Part shown: positions 50,500 to 60,404 of the stretch, piece after piece
Position numbering within the stretch: position 1 is the first letter of the stretch
Layout: every line of letters begins with the position of its first letter
Assembly (NCBI GenBank): GCA_044375625.1
Contig: JBILMH010000003.1
Span: 1,907 to 65,906 of the forward strand
Source: Alphaproteobacteria bacterium
GTDB taxonomy: Bacteria > Pseudomonadota > Alphaproteobacteria > CAISOG01
Length of the DNA: 64,000 bases
Direction: 5' to 3'
Made by a program: the position numbers and the translations under genes
Notes under the pieces: generated by a model
Seen by the model: only the letters and a program-made list of their open reading frames with translations
Databases searched by the model: none
What the model was told of the DNA's origin: nothing

Positions 50500-50701
50500 G
50501 GGGCGTAGCCAAAATTCTGGTGATTTGTGTCTTATCTTGGCGGTTTGATGGCCGATTATGCTGGATTTAGGGGGATGGCAAGTTTTTATCAGCCACCGCC
50601 GCAGGTCGTTATTTTGACGCCACCAGGTTTTCATCAAAAATTTATTTTTATCAGGTTACAATTAACCATAAAAATCTATTAACGGAAATGATGAGGCATG
50701 C

Positions 50702-51064
50702 ATGAACCCGCCAGATCATCCAACGCCACCTGAATCTGTTGTCCCATTGATTGCTTTATCCAGCGCTCCTGTTCATGAGGAAAGTTTCGGGCAGATAATT
50801 CATCGGGAAACAAGAATTTTCTTAATCCCGCAAATGCGCCTGACCACCGCTGAGATTCTTTATCGCTTGCCCGATTTTCCCCAATTGTTGCAAAGCTATA
50901 TTTGGCAAGAATTGGATAGGGTGCCTGATTTTCCAGGCCTAAAGAAATTTTTGGGCTTTTGGGAACGCAATTTGGAAGGACCCTTGCATTCCGTGACCGT
51001 CAGTCACAGCGAACGGCGCCTGGGCAGCTTTGTCTTTGCAGAGGGTGAGCTTTGCCTGCAATAG
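50702..51064 (+). CDS. usg: Usg-family protein
   Basis: LTTAEILYRLPDFPQLLQSYIWQELDRVPDFPGLKKFLGFWERNLEGPLHSV matches the remembered Usg core (ILYRMPD...QEFIWQDYD...FWE.NLDGPLHSV). The N-terminal extent is uncertain. Confidence 0.55.
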   Translation: MNPPDHPTPPESVVPLIALSSAPVHEESFGQIIHRETRIFLIPQMRLTTAEILYRLPDFPQLLQSYIWQELDRVPDFPGLKKFLGFWERNLEGPLHSVTVSHSERRLGSFVFAEGELCLQ

Positions 51065-51232
51065 CGTAACCGCCCCCCCGCTTTAATCCTTCATAGCCAG
51101 TCATCTATAGCCAGTCATCCATAGCTTTGGGCTAAAAGCCCTGTCGGTAGCGCTGGTCAACTGGGCGCGGGGGTTTTATGCTGAATTAGTCTTCCGCCTT
51201 CGACGCCCCTTCGTTACCTCCCTTCGCATTGC

Positions 51233-54200
51233 TTGCCCCCAACCATGACCATTGCCCAACATCAGGCCGCAAACCCCCATACCAGTGTTTGGTTGGCGGC
51301 ATCGGCTGGCACGGGCAAGACCAAGGTGTTGGTGGATCGATTGTCGCGCCTGTTGCTGGCGGGGGTGCCGCCGCATCGGCTGTTGTGCTTGACCTTTACC
51401 AATGTCGGTGCCGCCGAAATGGTGGATAGGATGCAGCAGCGGTTGACCCGCTGGTACGCCCTGCCCCCCGCCCAATTGACCCAAGAGTTAACACAGTTGT
51501 TGGGGCATGCCCCCACGCCAGAGCAGGTAACCACCGCCGCGCAATTGCTGGATCAGGTTATCGACCCCCAAGGGGGCGGTGCCAGCAGTCAGAGCGGCCA
51601 GGGATGGATGAATATCCGCACCATTCACAGCTTTTGCCAAAGTTTGTTGCAGCAGTTTGCCTTTGAGGCTGGCCTGCCGCCTGGCTTTTCCCTGCTGGAC
51701 GATCAGGAATCTGGGCGGTTACGCACCCAGGCCTTGCAGGAATTGCTGGCCAACCCGCCCGCCGACCACCAACAGGTGATTATGCAGGCCTTTGCGGTGC
51801 TAAGTCGGCAACACCATCTCAGCACCTTGCAGGGCATTTTAGGCAAGCTGTTGTCGGCGCCCCCCGTTGCCACCCGCATCGAAAGCTTTGAGGCCTATTG
51901 CCAGGCGCATGGCATCGATACCCCCTTTGTTGAGCAGCAGGAGCAAGAACGGCACAGCCAACAGGTGATGGCGCAAAAAGCCGATTGGCAACAGCTGGCC
52001 AGCACGTTGTTGGTATCTAAAAAAGTGACCGATCGCCGCAACGGGCAAAGCATGATGCAGCTGTTGGATCTTGGCATCGGCAGCCACAATTTCAAACAGT
52101 GGCAGCTGGTGTTTTTGACCAAAGACGATACAATCCGCGCAAGACTTGTAACCCTAGGCTGGCAAAAGGCCAATCCCGAATGGCTTGCGCCGATTGAGGA
52201 GGAGAGTCAGCGCCTGCACCACCTCGTCCAACGTGCCCAATGGTGGAATGATTTTTGTTGGAAATGGGCTATTGGGATATTGGGGCGCTTTTTTTCAGCG
52301 CAATACCAATATCTTAAAACCGCACAGGCCAAATTGGACTATAGCGATCTGATTAACCACAGCCACCGCCTGTTGCAGCAGGCCGATTTGCAACCCTGGA
52401 TATTGATGCGGCTGGATCAGCAATGGGATCACCTGCTGGTTGATGAAGCGCAGGATACCAGCCAGCAGCATTGGGATATTATTCGATCCCTGCTGGCGGA
52501 AATCAGTGGGGAACAGCAGGCCAGAAACGGTGAAAACCCTGCCCCCCCTTTGGTTCAAAAAGCTTTGCCAGTTCAAATGCCACCCGCCCGCAGCCTGTTT
52601 GTGGTGGGTGATGTCAAACAGTCTATCTATGGATTTCAGGGCGCCGATCCAGCCTCCTTTAAGGCGGCTAGGCAGGAATTTCAGCAGCAATGGCAGGCGG
52701 CCAATAAGCCCTGGTTGGATGTCAGCCTTGACCTGTCCTATCGCTCCACCCCCCCGATTCTGCAATTGGTGGATGCGGTTTTTAACCAGCGAGAGGCGTT
52801 GTATCAACAGCTGGGGGAGGGCGCCTTGCTGAACCATCAGGCGCATCCCAATCGACAGGGTGGGGGGCGTGTGGTGCTATGGCCACTATGTCCATCCCCG
52901 CCACCGCAAAACTTTGCACCTTGGACGCTGCCCATCAGGCGCTATCAGCGTGCCAGTACCGCCAACAGGCTGGCGATGTTTGTGGCGGATCAAATTGCAG
53001 AATGGCTGGCTGAGGGGCGGTGGTTGCCATCGGTGCAACGTGCCGTGCAACCGCGTGACATTATGATTTTGATGCAACGACGAACCGCTGGGGGGGCATC
53101 AAGCGACCAAAACTTGCTGCATCAATTGCGCCATGCCCTGCAACAGCGTGGGATTGCCCACAGCCTGCCCGACAGTTTGATGCTGGCCACCGAATTGGCG
53201 GTGCAGGATCTGTTGGCGTTGATGCAACTGCTGCTGACCCCCGATGATGACTACAGCCTGGCGTGCTTGCTGAAATCCCCCCTGGTGGGTTGGGATGAGG
53301 CGGCGTTGTTTGCCTTGGCCTATCATCGTTCCGACACAGCAGGCCATCATTCTTTGGACAGGCCATCATTGTGGCAAAAGTTGCGGCAGGATCCCGCCCA
53401 TGCCGGGCTGGCCGACTGGTTGCAATCCTTGATGGCGCAGGCCGACTGGCTAACCCCCTATCAATTGCTGACCCAACTGTTGTGGCAACCCCTGCCCGCC
53501 ATGGCCATTCAGGGCGATTCGGCCGTTACCGGTTGGCAGGCGATGGTGGCGGCTTTTGGTGAGGCGGTTGGTGACGTGCTGACCAGTTTGTTGTCCGCCG
53601 CCTTAAGCTATGAGCAACAGCACCAGCAGCGGGGCATCAATTTGTTGGAATTTATCCTGATGATAAAACAGCAACGGGGTGCCAGCAAACGTCAATTGGC
53701 CAGCACCGAACGTAATGAGGTGCGGTTGCTGACCGTTCATGGCGCCAAGGGGTTGCAGGCGCCGATTGTCATCCTGCCCGATACCACCAGCCAGCCGCCG
53801 CCGCGCCTCTATCAACAATGGCTGAACAAATTGGCGGACGCGCCCTTGGCCAACCAGGGTGACGGTGATAATGGGGATAGCGATGATGAGGACGATACCA
53901 ATCCTGATGGTTCTGAGGGCGGCGGGATGCTGCCCAGCGAAGGTGCCGAATCGGTGGAAATTGATGATCCAGAACCCATCTCAGAGGCCGAAATCCAAAG
54001 AACACTGTATGTTGCCCTAACCAGGGCGCAGGATGAATTGTACATCACCGGACTTCAGCCTAAGAAAAAATCCTCAAAACCCAGTTGGTACAGCACGATT
54101 CTAAGTGCGGTTACCGCCCTGGCGGAATCGGGACAGGCCAGCGTGCAGGATTTTTCCTATCGCTTTCCTATCGAATCCCCGCCCGCTGTTCCGTTAGCCT

Positions 54201-54301
54201 CCCCCACCGCTTCTGGGCAGTCAGAAGGCCAGACGGATATAGGGGATGCCGATAAGGCAGCAGTCTGGCAAGGCAGCTTTTATGAAATCCGCCAGGGTTA
54301 G
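51233..54301 (+). CDS. UvrD/AddA-family ATP-dependent helicase lacking a C-terminal RecB-type nuclease domain (1022 aa)
   Basis: AddA-type N-terminus (WLAASAGTGKTKVL, LTFTNVGAAEM), helicase motifs and a C-terminal LYVALTRAQDELYI. No PD-(D/E)xK segment is present, and there is an acidic low-complexity insertion. Confidence 0.7.
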   Translation: MPPTMTIAQHQAANPHTSVWLAASAGTGKTKVLVDRLSRLLLAGVPPHRLLCLTFTNVGAAEMVDRMQQRLTRWYALPPAQLTQELTQLLGHAPTPEQVTTAAQLLDQVIDPQGGGASSQSGQGWMNIRTIHSFCQSLLQQFAFEAGLPPGFSLLDDQESGRLRTQALQELLANPPADHQQVIMQAFAVLSRQHHLSTLQGILGKLLSAPPVATRIESFEAYCQAHGIDTPFVEQQEQERHSQQVMAQKADWQQLASTLLVSKKVTDRRNGQSMMQLLDLGIGSHNFKQWQLVFLTKDDTIRARLVTLGWQKANPEWLAPIEEESQRLHHLVQRAQWWNDFCWKWAIGILGRFFSAQYQYLKTAQAKLDYSDLINHSHRLLQQADLQPWILMRLDQQWDHLLVDEAQDTSQQHWDIIRSLLAEISGEQQARNGENPAPPLVQKALPVQMPPARSLFVVGDVKQSIYGFQGADPASFKAARQEFQQQWQAANKPWLDVSLDLSYRSTPPILQLVDAVFNQREALYQQLGEGALLNHQAHPNRQGGGRVVLWPLCPSPPPQNFAPWTLPIRRYQRASTANRLAMFVADQIAEWLAEGRWLPSVQRAVQPRDIMILMQRRTAGGASSDQNLLHQLRHALQQRGIAHSLPDSLMLATELAVQDLLALMQLLLTPDDDYSLACLLKSPLVGWDEAALFALAYHRSDTAGHHSLDRPSLWQKLRQDPAHAGLADWLQSLMAQADWLTPYQLLTQLLWQPLPAMAIQGDSAVTGWQAMVAAFGEAVGDVLTSLLSAALSYEQQHQQRGINLLEFILMIKQQRGASKRQLASTERNEVRLLTVHGAKGLQAPIVILPDTTSQPPPRLYQQWLNKLADAPLANQGDGDNGDSDDEDDTNPDGSEGGGMLPSEGAESVEIDDPEPISEAEIQRTLYVALTRAQDELYITGLQPKKKSSKPSWYSTILSAVTALAESGQASVQDFSYRFPIESPPAVPLASPTASGQSEGQTDIGDADKAAVWQGSFYEIRQG

Positions 54302-54352
54302 GCGGTGATTTCCAAAGATAATCTTGAAAATGATTGTATTACCAGGTGCCGA

Positions 54353-55003
54353 TCATAAATCCTGTCCCCAGCCGCTAGCCAGTCCTCGCCGAACAAAGGG
54401 ATCAAATAAGGCATTTTTGCTTTCAGCATTAAGGACGTATAGGGGCGCTTTATTCGCCAGTAACTCACCAGGGATATCCAATTTAAAGCCAAAACGTCTT
54501 AGCATGGCTTGGCTTTGTGGTTTTAAACCCGTTGTGTAAATGCTTATGGGATAGCGTAGCGTGCCACTGTCAGCCCAAGCGTTTAAGGTGTGTGCTAACA
54601 ACAGCCCGATAGGATTATTTTTGGTTGGTTTGCGAAAATTTTTATCAATGATCATGCTGCCAATGTACCATAAATTGCATCCGTTGCGTTGCACCTCTGC
54701 TAAAGGCAGTGGCCAAATGTCGTCATAGCAGGCTTCCCCCTGACGAAAACGGTTGAGAAGTTCAGGGGATATTGGGTAAATGCGGATATGTCCAATTAAT
54801 CTCTCACCGCCATCGTCTGCCCAAAAAAGCCCTAAAAAACAATCTGGGTTATTTTGCCACCGCCCAAGCATTTGATCTTGGCTAGGTGTTACATCTTGAT
54901 AGTCGGGTTGCTCCATCTGCTGAATCATCACAAGCTCAGCTTGAGTTTGGATGGGGCGCAAGGTAAAGCCGTTCATACGAATAAAATACTGTGGCCAAGG
55001 CAT
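54353..55003 (-). CDS. Low-GC orphan hypothetical protein (216 aa)
   Basis: ORF in a compositionally distinct (lower G+C) segment between the helicase gene and the Pro-rich protein gene. No family assigned with confidence. Confidence 0.45.
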   Translation of the reverse strand: MPWPQYFIRMNGFTLRPIQTQAELVMIQQMEQPDYQDVTPSQDQMLGRWQNNPDCFLGLFWADDGGERLIGHIRIYPISPELLNRFRQGEACYDDIWPLPLAEVQRNGCNLWYIGSMIIDKNFRKPTKNNPIGLLLAHTLNAWADSGTLRYPISIYTTGLKPQSQAMLRRFGFKLDIPGELLANKAPLYVLNAESKNALFDPFVRRGLASGWGQDL

Positions 55004-55132
55004 GGGGGTGACTGCATAAGAACGTGAAAAATTATGTTAGGATTATGTTCGTTAAGAAAGCCTTATCTGACAGAACAATCGCCAACCGAACTATTGATGG
55101 TTTTTTGACCAAAGAATTGATACAATCAAGCC

Positions 55133-57088
55133 ATGAGCGATACTTTTGACAAGCCATCTTTAGAACCTGTGGCGGCCACGACCGACAACGGCGAACAGCA
55201 ACCGCCCGTTGCGGAAAAGCTGGCCAGTAACGATGCCCCCGTCACGGTCTTTCGACCCAGAAGGCGGGCGGCTGTTCGTTTTGAGACCCCGCCGTTGTTG
55301 CAGGCCGAAGGCACCGATGCGGCAAGCAGCCAGGCAGAGTTGGTACAACCCCCCACCACTGAATCGGCTACCCCCCCCCTCACTCCCACTGCCACCCTCA
55401 CTCCCACTCCCGCATCGGCGGTTGAGGAATCGTCGGATCAAGCGGCGGCAACGGTGGCCAGTGCGGCGGCCAGCATCGTGACAGACGACTTGCCAGCCCC
55501 CGCCGCCATCATTCCCGATTTATCGCGCCCGGCCGATTTGCCCAAACTGGCTGAACAGCCCGCCCGCCCGACCAGCTTTGTGCCATCCTCTGTCGCCACC
55601 GCCCCCGTGTTAAGCGTGCAGCTGTCGGATGATGGATCGTCGCAAGAAGTGTCAGCCGCCCGCCCCACCCCCCAAAAAACGGTTAAGATTTCGTCCGCTG
55701 AACCAGCCCCCGCGCCCGAATCAGAACCCAAGTCGGAGGAAAAGCCCGAGGCAAAGGTTGAGGCAAAGGTTGAGGTGCCTCCCGCCGAAAAAGTGCCAGA
55801 CTTTCAGGAATGGTTGCGCCAACGGCAGGAGGCTTTGCGCAAAGCCAGGGAAGCCGCCAAAAAGGAACGTCCCGATGCCTTGAATCTTAAGCCTGCGGCG
55901 GGGGTACCAAGCCCTGATGAGGATGAGAATCGGCATGAGCCATCGTTGGCCATGCCCACTGGTGCGGGCGCCTTCCAAGACCGCTCTGCCGACACCAGCC
56001 CCCCAACCCAGACAAGTGCCACCGCTACTACCACCACCGCCAGTGCCAGCGCCTCCACCCCCCCAGCAGCCCCTGCATCAGAAGAGGGCGTCGGTTTTAA
56101 CCCTAACCGCACGGGGCGGCGCGGCGCGGTCTTTAACATTCCGCCGCCGACGACGGCTATTGCGGGTGAACCGTCAGAACCTGTCACGGGGCAGCCCAGC
56201 CCATCACCGCTCGACAGTCCTGGCTCCCGTTCATCATCCAGTGCGGCTGGCAATCCTGGCGGCGCGCGCGCCAGCAGCCCCTCTAGCCAAAGTGCGGAAC
56301 CCTTTATCCTTAATGAAGAAGGCCTTGGGTCGGCTGAGGCGGTGGAAAAGGTGCTGGCCTCAACCGAATTGGCCGAAACCCCCGCCCTGAAAGCGCTTAA
56401 AAGATTTCTTGAGCAGGGAAAGCCCGCCCCGATTGTGGTGGAAAAACCCAATCCAGTTAAAAAAATTAAGGAAGCGATCACCCTGCAACGTTTGGGGCGA
56501 TTGATCAGCAAGCCGCTAAGCTGGGCAGTTAGCAGCGCGATTTTGTTGGGTGGCTGGACGTTGGTGGTGGTTGGCTTTGTGGTGTTTTTCCTAAGCTTGA
56601 ACCCTGTTCCCTTCACCGATGCAATGGGCAGAGTATTTTGGCTGTTTCAGGCCAACCATGCCAGCCATTGGGCGGCATTGCCGCGCTATTATGACGCGGG
56701 GGTGGTGATTCCATGGTTTTTGGTGTTTGTCCTGACGGCGGCGGCTTTTGTTTGGATAACCACGGGGCTGGCTCTGGTATTTCGCCTTAGAAAACCGGTA
56801 TCGGCCTATTTGGAGCGCACCCTGGATCGCCGTTGGTATCAATTGAAAGCGCTGTTCCACAAATCCACGGATCCCGAAGATGCGCTTTTGCACACCTCGA
56901 TCAACGACATCGAAAGCATGTTGGCACAGGCGCGTAAGGAGGCTGAGGATGCCGTCAAAAAGCGTAAGGTAGCCGCCGCGGGTGGCACCCCGGGGGGCAG
57001 CCAGTCCAATTCTATCAGCATGGGTGGGGCGGAAAGCTCCGCCATGGCGCAGGCGGCCGCCTCACGCGGATCGGGGGGCAACGGGTAA
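55133..57088 (+). CDS. Pro/Ala/Ser/Thr-rich low-complexity protein with C-terminal polytopic membrane domain (651 aa)
   Basis: A long disordered-looking N-terminal two-thirds, then a C-terminal region with 3 or more hydrophobic helices. The ORF ends 14 bp before the prepilin peptidase gene. Confidence 0.5.
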   Translation: MSDTFDKPSLEPVAATTDNGEQQPPVAEKLASNDAPVTVFRPRRRAAVRFETPPLLQAEGTDAASSQAELVQPPTTESATPPLTPTATLTPTPASAVEESSDQAAATVASAAASIVTDDLPAPAAIIPDLSRPADLPKLAEQPARPTSFVPSSVATAPVLSVQLSDDGSSQEVSAARPTPQKTVKISSAEPAPAPESEPKSEEKPEAKVEAKVEVPPAEKVPDFQEWLRQRQEALRKAREAAKKERPDALNLKPAAGVPSPDEDENRHEPSLAMPTGAGAFQDRSADTSPPTQTSATATTTTASASASTPPAAPASEEGVGFNPNRTGRRGAVFNIPPPTTAIAGEPSEPVTGQPSPSPLDSPGSRSSSSAAGNPGGARASSPSSQSAEPFILNEEGLGSAEAVEKVLASTELAETPALKALKRFLEQGKPAPIVVEKPNPVKKIKEAITLQRLGRLISKPLSWAVSSAILLGGWTLVVVGFVVFFLSLNPVPFTDAMGRVFWLFQANHASHWAALPRYYDAGVVIPWFLVFVLTAAAFVWITTGLALVFRLRKPVSAYLERTLDRRWYQLKALFHKSTDPEDALLHTSINDIESMLAQARKEAEDAVKKRKVAAAGGTPGGSQSNSISMGGAESSAMAQAAASRGSGGNG

Positions 57089-57101
57089 TCATGGCTAGGG
57101 T

Positions 57102-57638
57102 TTGGGATGCGGTTTTGGGCGGGGGGGCTGGCTGATGGAATTGTTGGGCGGCGGCCAGGCGTTGGCCATTATTCTGTTGGCGGGTTGCCTGATGGCGCAT
57201 TTGGTGTGGGATTGGCGTGAACTGATCCTGCCCGACCTGATTAACGCCCTGATCTGGCTGATTGGCATGGTGGTTGCCTTAACCGCCCCTCTACCAGGAT
57301 GCAGCTGGACACAGGCCTGGCAGGGATCCTTGCTGGCCTTGGCGACCGCCTGGGGCTTTTACGAATTGGTTTGGCGGCTGCGTGGAGAGGAAGGCTTTGG
57401 CTTTGGCGATGTGAAGCTGTTTGCCGCCTGTGGTGCCTGGTTGGGGCCCGCCAAGCTAACCGGCATGGTGCTGGTTGGATCCCTAAGTTCATTGATTATG
57501 ATGGCGCTGATTGCCCTAATCAGTCGGCAATTTCATTTCCGGATGGCCATGCCCTTTGGCCCAGGCTTGATTGTTGGCTTTTTGGTCATGCTGCTTTGGC
57601 CAGATTGGTTAACCGTGCTGATGACGCGCTTGCTATAG
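57102..57638 (+). CDS. Type IV prepilin peptidase (A24 family, Tad/CpaA-like)
   Basis: GFGDVKLFAACGAWLG matches the A24 peptidase active-site region. Small polytopic membrane protein. Start possibly 57135. Confidence 0.65.
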   Translation: MGCGFGRGGWLMELLGGGQALAIILLAGCLMAHLVWDWRELILPDLINALIWLIGMVVALTAPLPGCSWTQAWQGSLLALATAWGFYELVWRLRGEEGFGFGDVKLFAACGAWLGPAKLTGMVLVGSLSSLIMMALIALISRQFHFRMAMPFGPGLIVGFLVMLLWPDWLTVLMTRLL

Positions 57639-57850
57639 TCATTCCCCTTTAAAAATCTCCAGTGCTGCAAATATCACGATCTCTGCGATACGGTGCTCAT
57701 GTACTTCCGTGTACACTCCCGCCGTCGCTACGCTATGGCGCGCCCAGCCGCTCCGTTTCTCGACCTCGTAACATTTTCGCAGGCTGTATATTTCTAAATT
57801 GGAACAACTATAACTTAGCTTCAGCCGAGCTGATGACGCCCTAGCTTTCG

Positions 57851-58459
57851 TTACATGCCAAAGGGATACGCCTTGTTTTGGGTAATGCCACTGGCACGCA
57901 CGGGTTGCAACGCCTTGGCATAGGCCGCCAGGATATTCAGGGCAAAGTCGGCGCGATTGCGAATCGCCTGATCCTCTGGGCTGCTGGCATCCTGGCTGTT
58001 CAGCACATTGCCCACCTGGCGCACGATAAGATGTTCGGGGATATAGCAAATATGGTTGTTTTTATAGCTGCTGCTGCGCAATTCCGCGATCGGATAGGCG
58101 CCGCTAATGCCCGCCGATACCGATACCAGCAGGGCGGGCTTGTGACCCAATTCGGCGCTGCTGGCAAACAAAAAGAAATTCTTCAGCGCGGCGGGCGCCA
58201 TGCCGCCCCATTCTGGCGCAACAATGACAAAGGCATCGGCGGATTGCAGCATGGGCACCATCTTGCCCCAGGCCTTACCGCTGTTGCTGGTGGCATCCTG
58301 ATGTTGGCCATCCCACAGGGGCAGGGGGGTTTGCGCCAAATCAATCAGGCTGTTGGTGCTGTCGGGGTGCAGCTGTGACCAATGTTGGCCCAGATAGCGG
58401 CCAACCTTAAGGGATTCTGAGTCTAAACGATGACTGCCCGTCACGATGGTAAGATGCAT
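57851..58459 (-). CDS. NADPH-dependent FMN reductase (flavodoxin-like fold)
   Basis: N-terminal IVTGSHR...S.S and FVIVAPEWGGMAPAALKNF are typical of the PF03358 family. Confidence 0.7.
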   Translation of the reverse strand: MHLTIVTGSHRLDSESLKVGRYLGQHWSQLHPDSTNSLIDLAQTPLPLWDGQHQDATSNSGKAWGKMVPMLQSADAFVIVAPEWGGMAPAALKNFFLFASSAELGHKPALLVSVSAGISGAYPIAELRSSSYKNNHICYIPEHLIVRQVGNVLNSQDASSPEDQAIRNRADFALNILAAYAKALQPVRASGITQNKAYPFGM

Positions 58460-58669
58460 GGCAACGCCTTCATAAAAAAATTGCTACTGCATTAAGCCAT
58501 AAGTCAATCGTCACCCCGCGGCAAGAGCGAAGGGGGGGGGGCGTGGACAGATAATCGATTGTTTTGTGTTTCATGCAAATGTATGCAATAGTTGAGTAAT
58601 ATTTTAACAAATTCACTTTATATTTGAATGTGATTGGTTTGACTTTTGTCTAATTTTTAAGGGTCTTTT

Positions 58670-59749
58670 ATGGATATCGATGTTTTTGTTGAAACAGTAA
58701 AATTGGGATCCGTGCGAGTTTTTAATTGCCGTGAGGTTACGAGACAATTAAAAAAAGACAGCAAAACAGAGTTTGTTTTTAAAATACCTGTTCTTAATGA
58801 TTGTATCATTGTTAAGCAGCCTAATTTTTATGAAAAATCAAAAAACGACCCGGGAAAACCCAGCGATAAGCTGCTTACAAAGCTGTATTATCCCTATGAA
58901 GACAATATATTAAATGGCGGCATGACCTTTGAAATAGCTGAAAGTAGCCTAGAGGAAATTGTGGGGGTTTTATGTAATAACAGTAAGCAGTATTGTGAAA
59001 TTATTAAGCATGATCAGAATATTATGTCGTCGTTTCTTGATGTTCCGACGGTAGACCCATTTATTCTTAGTGAAAACTTTCGAAGAAAAAGAATAAATGT
59101 GCCAGAAGACTATTTTAATGTGTCAAAAGATGAGTGGCGTGAAATCTATGAATTTGTTTCAAAGCAGTTTATGCCTATTTTAAAATTTGCCTATCTAGAT
59201 AAAAAAATAACATCAAACCAATCCGCAAGACTGGTTGATTTATTATGGAATGGGCGACTTTGTGATGAAACGGCCAGCATCATGAAGCCGTTAAATGTCA
59301 ATATAAATGATGTTGAAGATGTTTTGTTTTCCTGGAAGGGTATCATTTATTATATGTATATTTTCAGATCTAACTCTGAAAAAGCCGCTAAAATGACCAA
59401 ATGGTTTTCAAATGTTGGAAACAATCATTCTTATGTAAGCAATAATGTTTTTGAAAAAAAATTGTATTTTGCATCTAAAATCAAAAAAACCACTCGAAAA
59501 ATTAAAGATAAAATTGACCTTTACAATGAAGCTTATAGCAATCTTTTTGTGAAGCGTCAGAGCTCAAAACAATTTATTCAGTTTTTGGCGGACAGCCGAG
59601 AGATTTTTTGGGATATGTCTGCCGCCGTCAGTGAGATAACGACACTGTACCAAATCTGGTACAATTTCACCGCTCAGCATAAAAACCAACGGATCACTCC
59701 CGCCCGTTTGGCCTATTTCTTTGACCTGCTGGAATACAACCAGCTTTAA
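58670..59749 (+). CDS. AT-rich orphan hypothetical protein (359 aa)
   Basis: Strongly AT-rich ORF with an AT-rich leader. No TM. No family recognised. Confidence 0.5.
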   Translation: MDIDVFVETVKLGSVRVFNCREVTRQLKKDSKTEFVFKIPVLNDCIIVKQPNFYEKSKNDPGKPSDKLLTKLYYPYEDNILNGGMTFEIAESSLEEIVGVLCNNSKQYCEIIKHDQNIMSSFLDVPTVDPFILSENFRRKRINVPEDYFNVSKDEWREIYEFVSKQFMPILKFAYLDKKITSNQSARLVDLLWNGRLCDETASIMKPLNVNINDVEDVLFSWKGIIYYMYIFRSNSEKAAKMTKWFSNVGNNHSYVSNNVFEKKLYFASKIKKTTRKIKDKIDLYNEAYSNLFVKRQSSKQFIQFLADSREIFWDMSAAVSEITTLYQIWYNFTAQHKNQRITPARLAYFFDLLEYNQL

Positions 59750-59795
59750 TAACTAAAAAAATTATAATTTATTGCTGTGTATTGTAAGAATATTT

Positions 59796-60251
59796 TTAGC
59801 GTGTGTTTATGTGGTTGCTTGCTGAACTAAGTGCATTTTTTTTAATGCGGTAAAGGCTTTGAGACAGGCGTTCAACTGGTAGCTTTCCATTTGAAGTAAA
59901 GGCATCACAGAAAACTTTTGCTCCTATGCTTGTTTTGTTTTTTATGTCATAAGAAAAATCAGCTGAAATAAGATTAACAAAGTTATTTGCAAGTTCTTTA
60001 TTGTCAATTCCTGTTTGGCTAAGTTGCTCTAAAATATCAATCATGACTAAAATTTGAAGCTCTTTAAGATTTGTTATCGCTTCTACTACGATCTCACGGC
60101 TTTTAGAAGATTCGCATGCTTTTTGAGCTATAACTGGCAAATTATCGATCAGGATTTCAAAAGTTAACTCAGCAATTATTTCGTCGACGCGTGCGGTCTG
60201 ATGCAACTGATCACGCAAAACCGCTTTCAAATCGGGGGGCATAGAATCCAA
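59796..60251 (-). CDS. AT-rich orphan hypothetical protein (151 aa), convergent partner
   Basis: AT-rich ORF convergent with 58670-59749. No family recognised. Confidence 0.4.
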   Translation of the reverse strand: MDSMPPDLKAVLRDQLHQTARVDEIIAELTFEILIDNLPVIAQKACESSKSREIVVEAITNLKELQILVMIDILEQLSQTGIDNKELANNFVNLISADFSYDIKNKTSIGAKVFCDAFTSNGKLPVERLSQSLYRIKKNALSSASNHINTR

Positions 60252-60404
60252 GGCAATCCTCTTAAATTGCCCTCAATTCTATAATTAATGGTTGGCCGCT
60301 GTCAATAAGTCCTTATCTATAATTGCGCACTCTTTAAAAGTACAATGTTTCCCATTGCAACCAAACCATCTGGCGTGACGGAAGGACGTGGCCGCAGTTG
60401 TGAT

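Noticed and set aside
54353-55003. LuxI-type acyl-HSL synthase identity for the 216-aa orphan
   Set aside because: Only vague motif resemblance, and the conserved LuxI residues (R..F..W...E.D.D) cannot be aligned convincingly. Kept as a low-confidence hypothesis in the findings.
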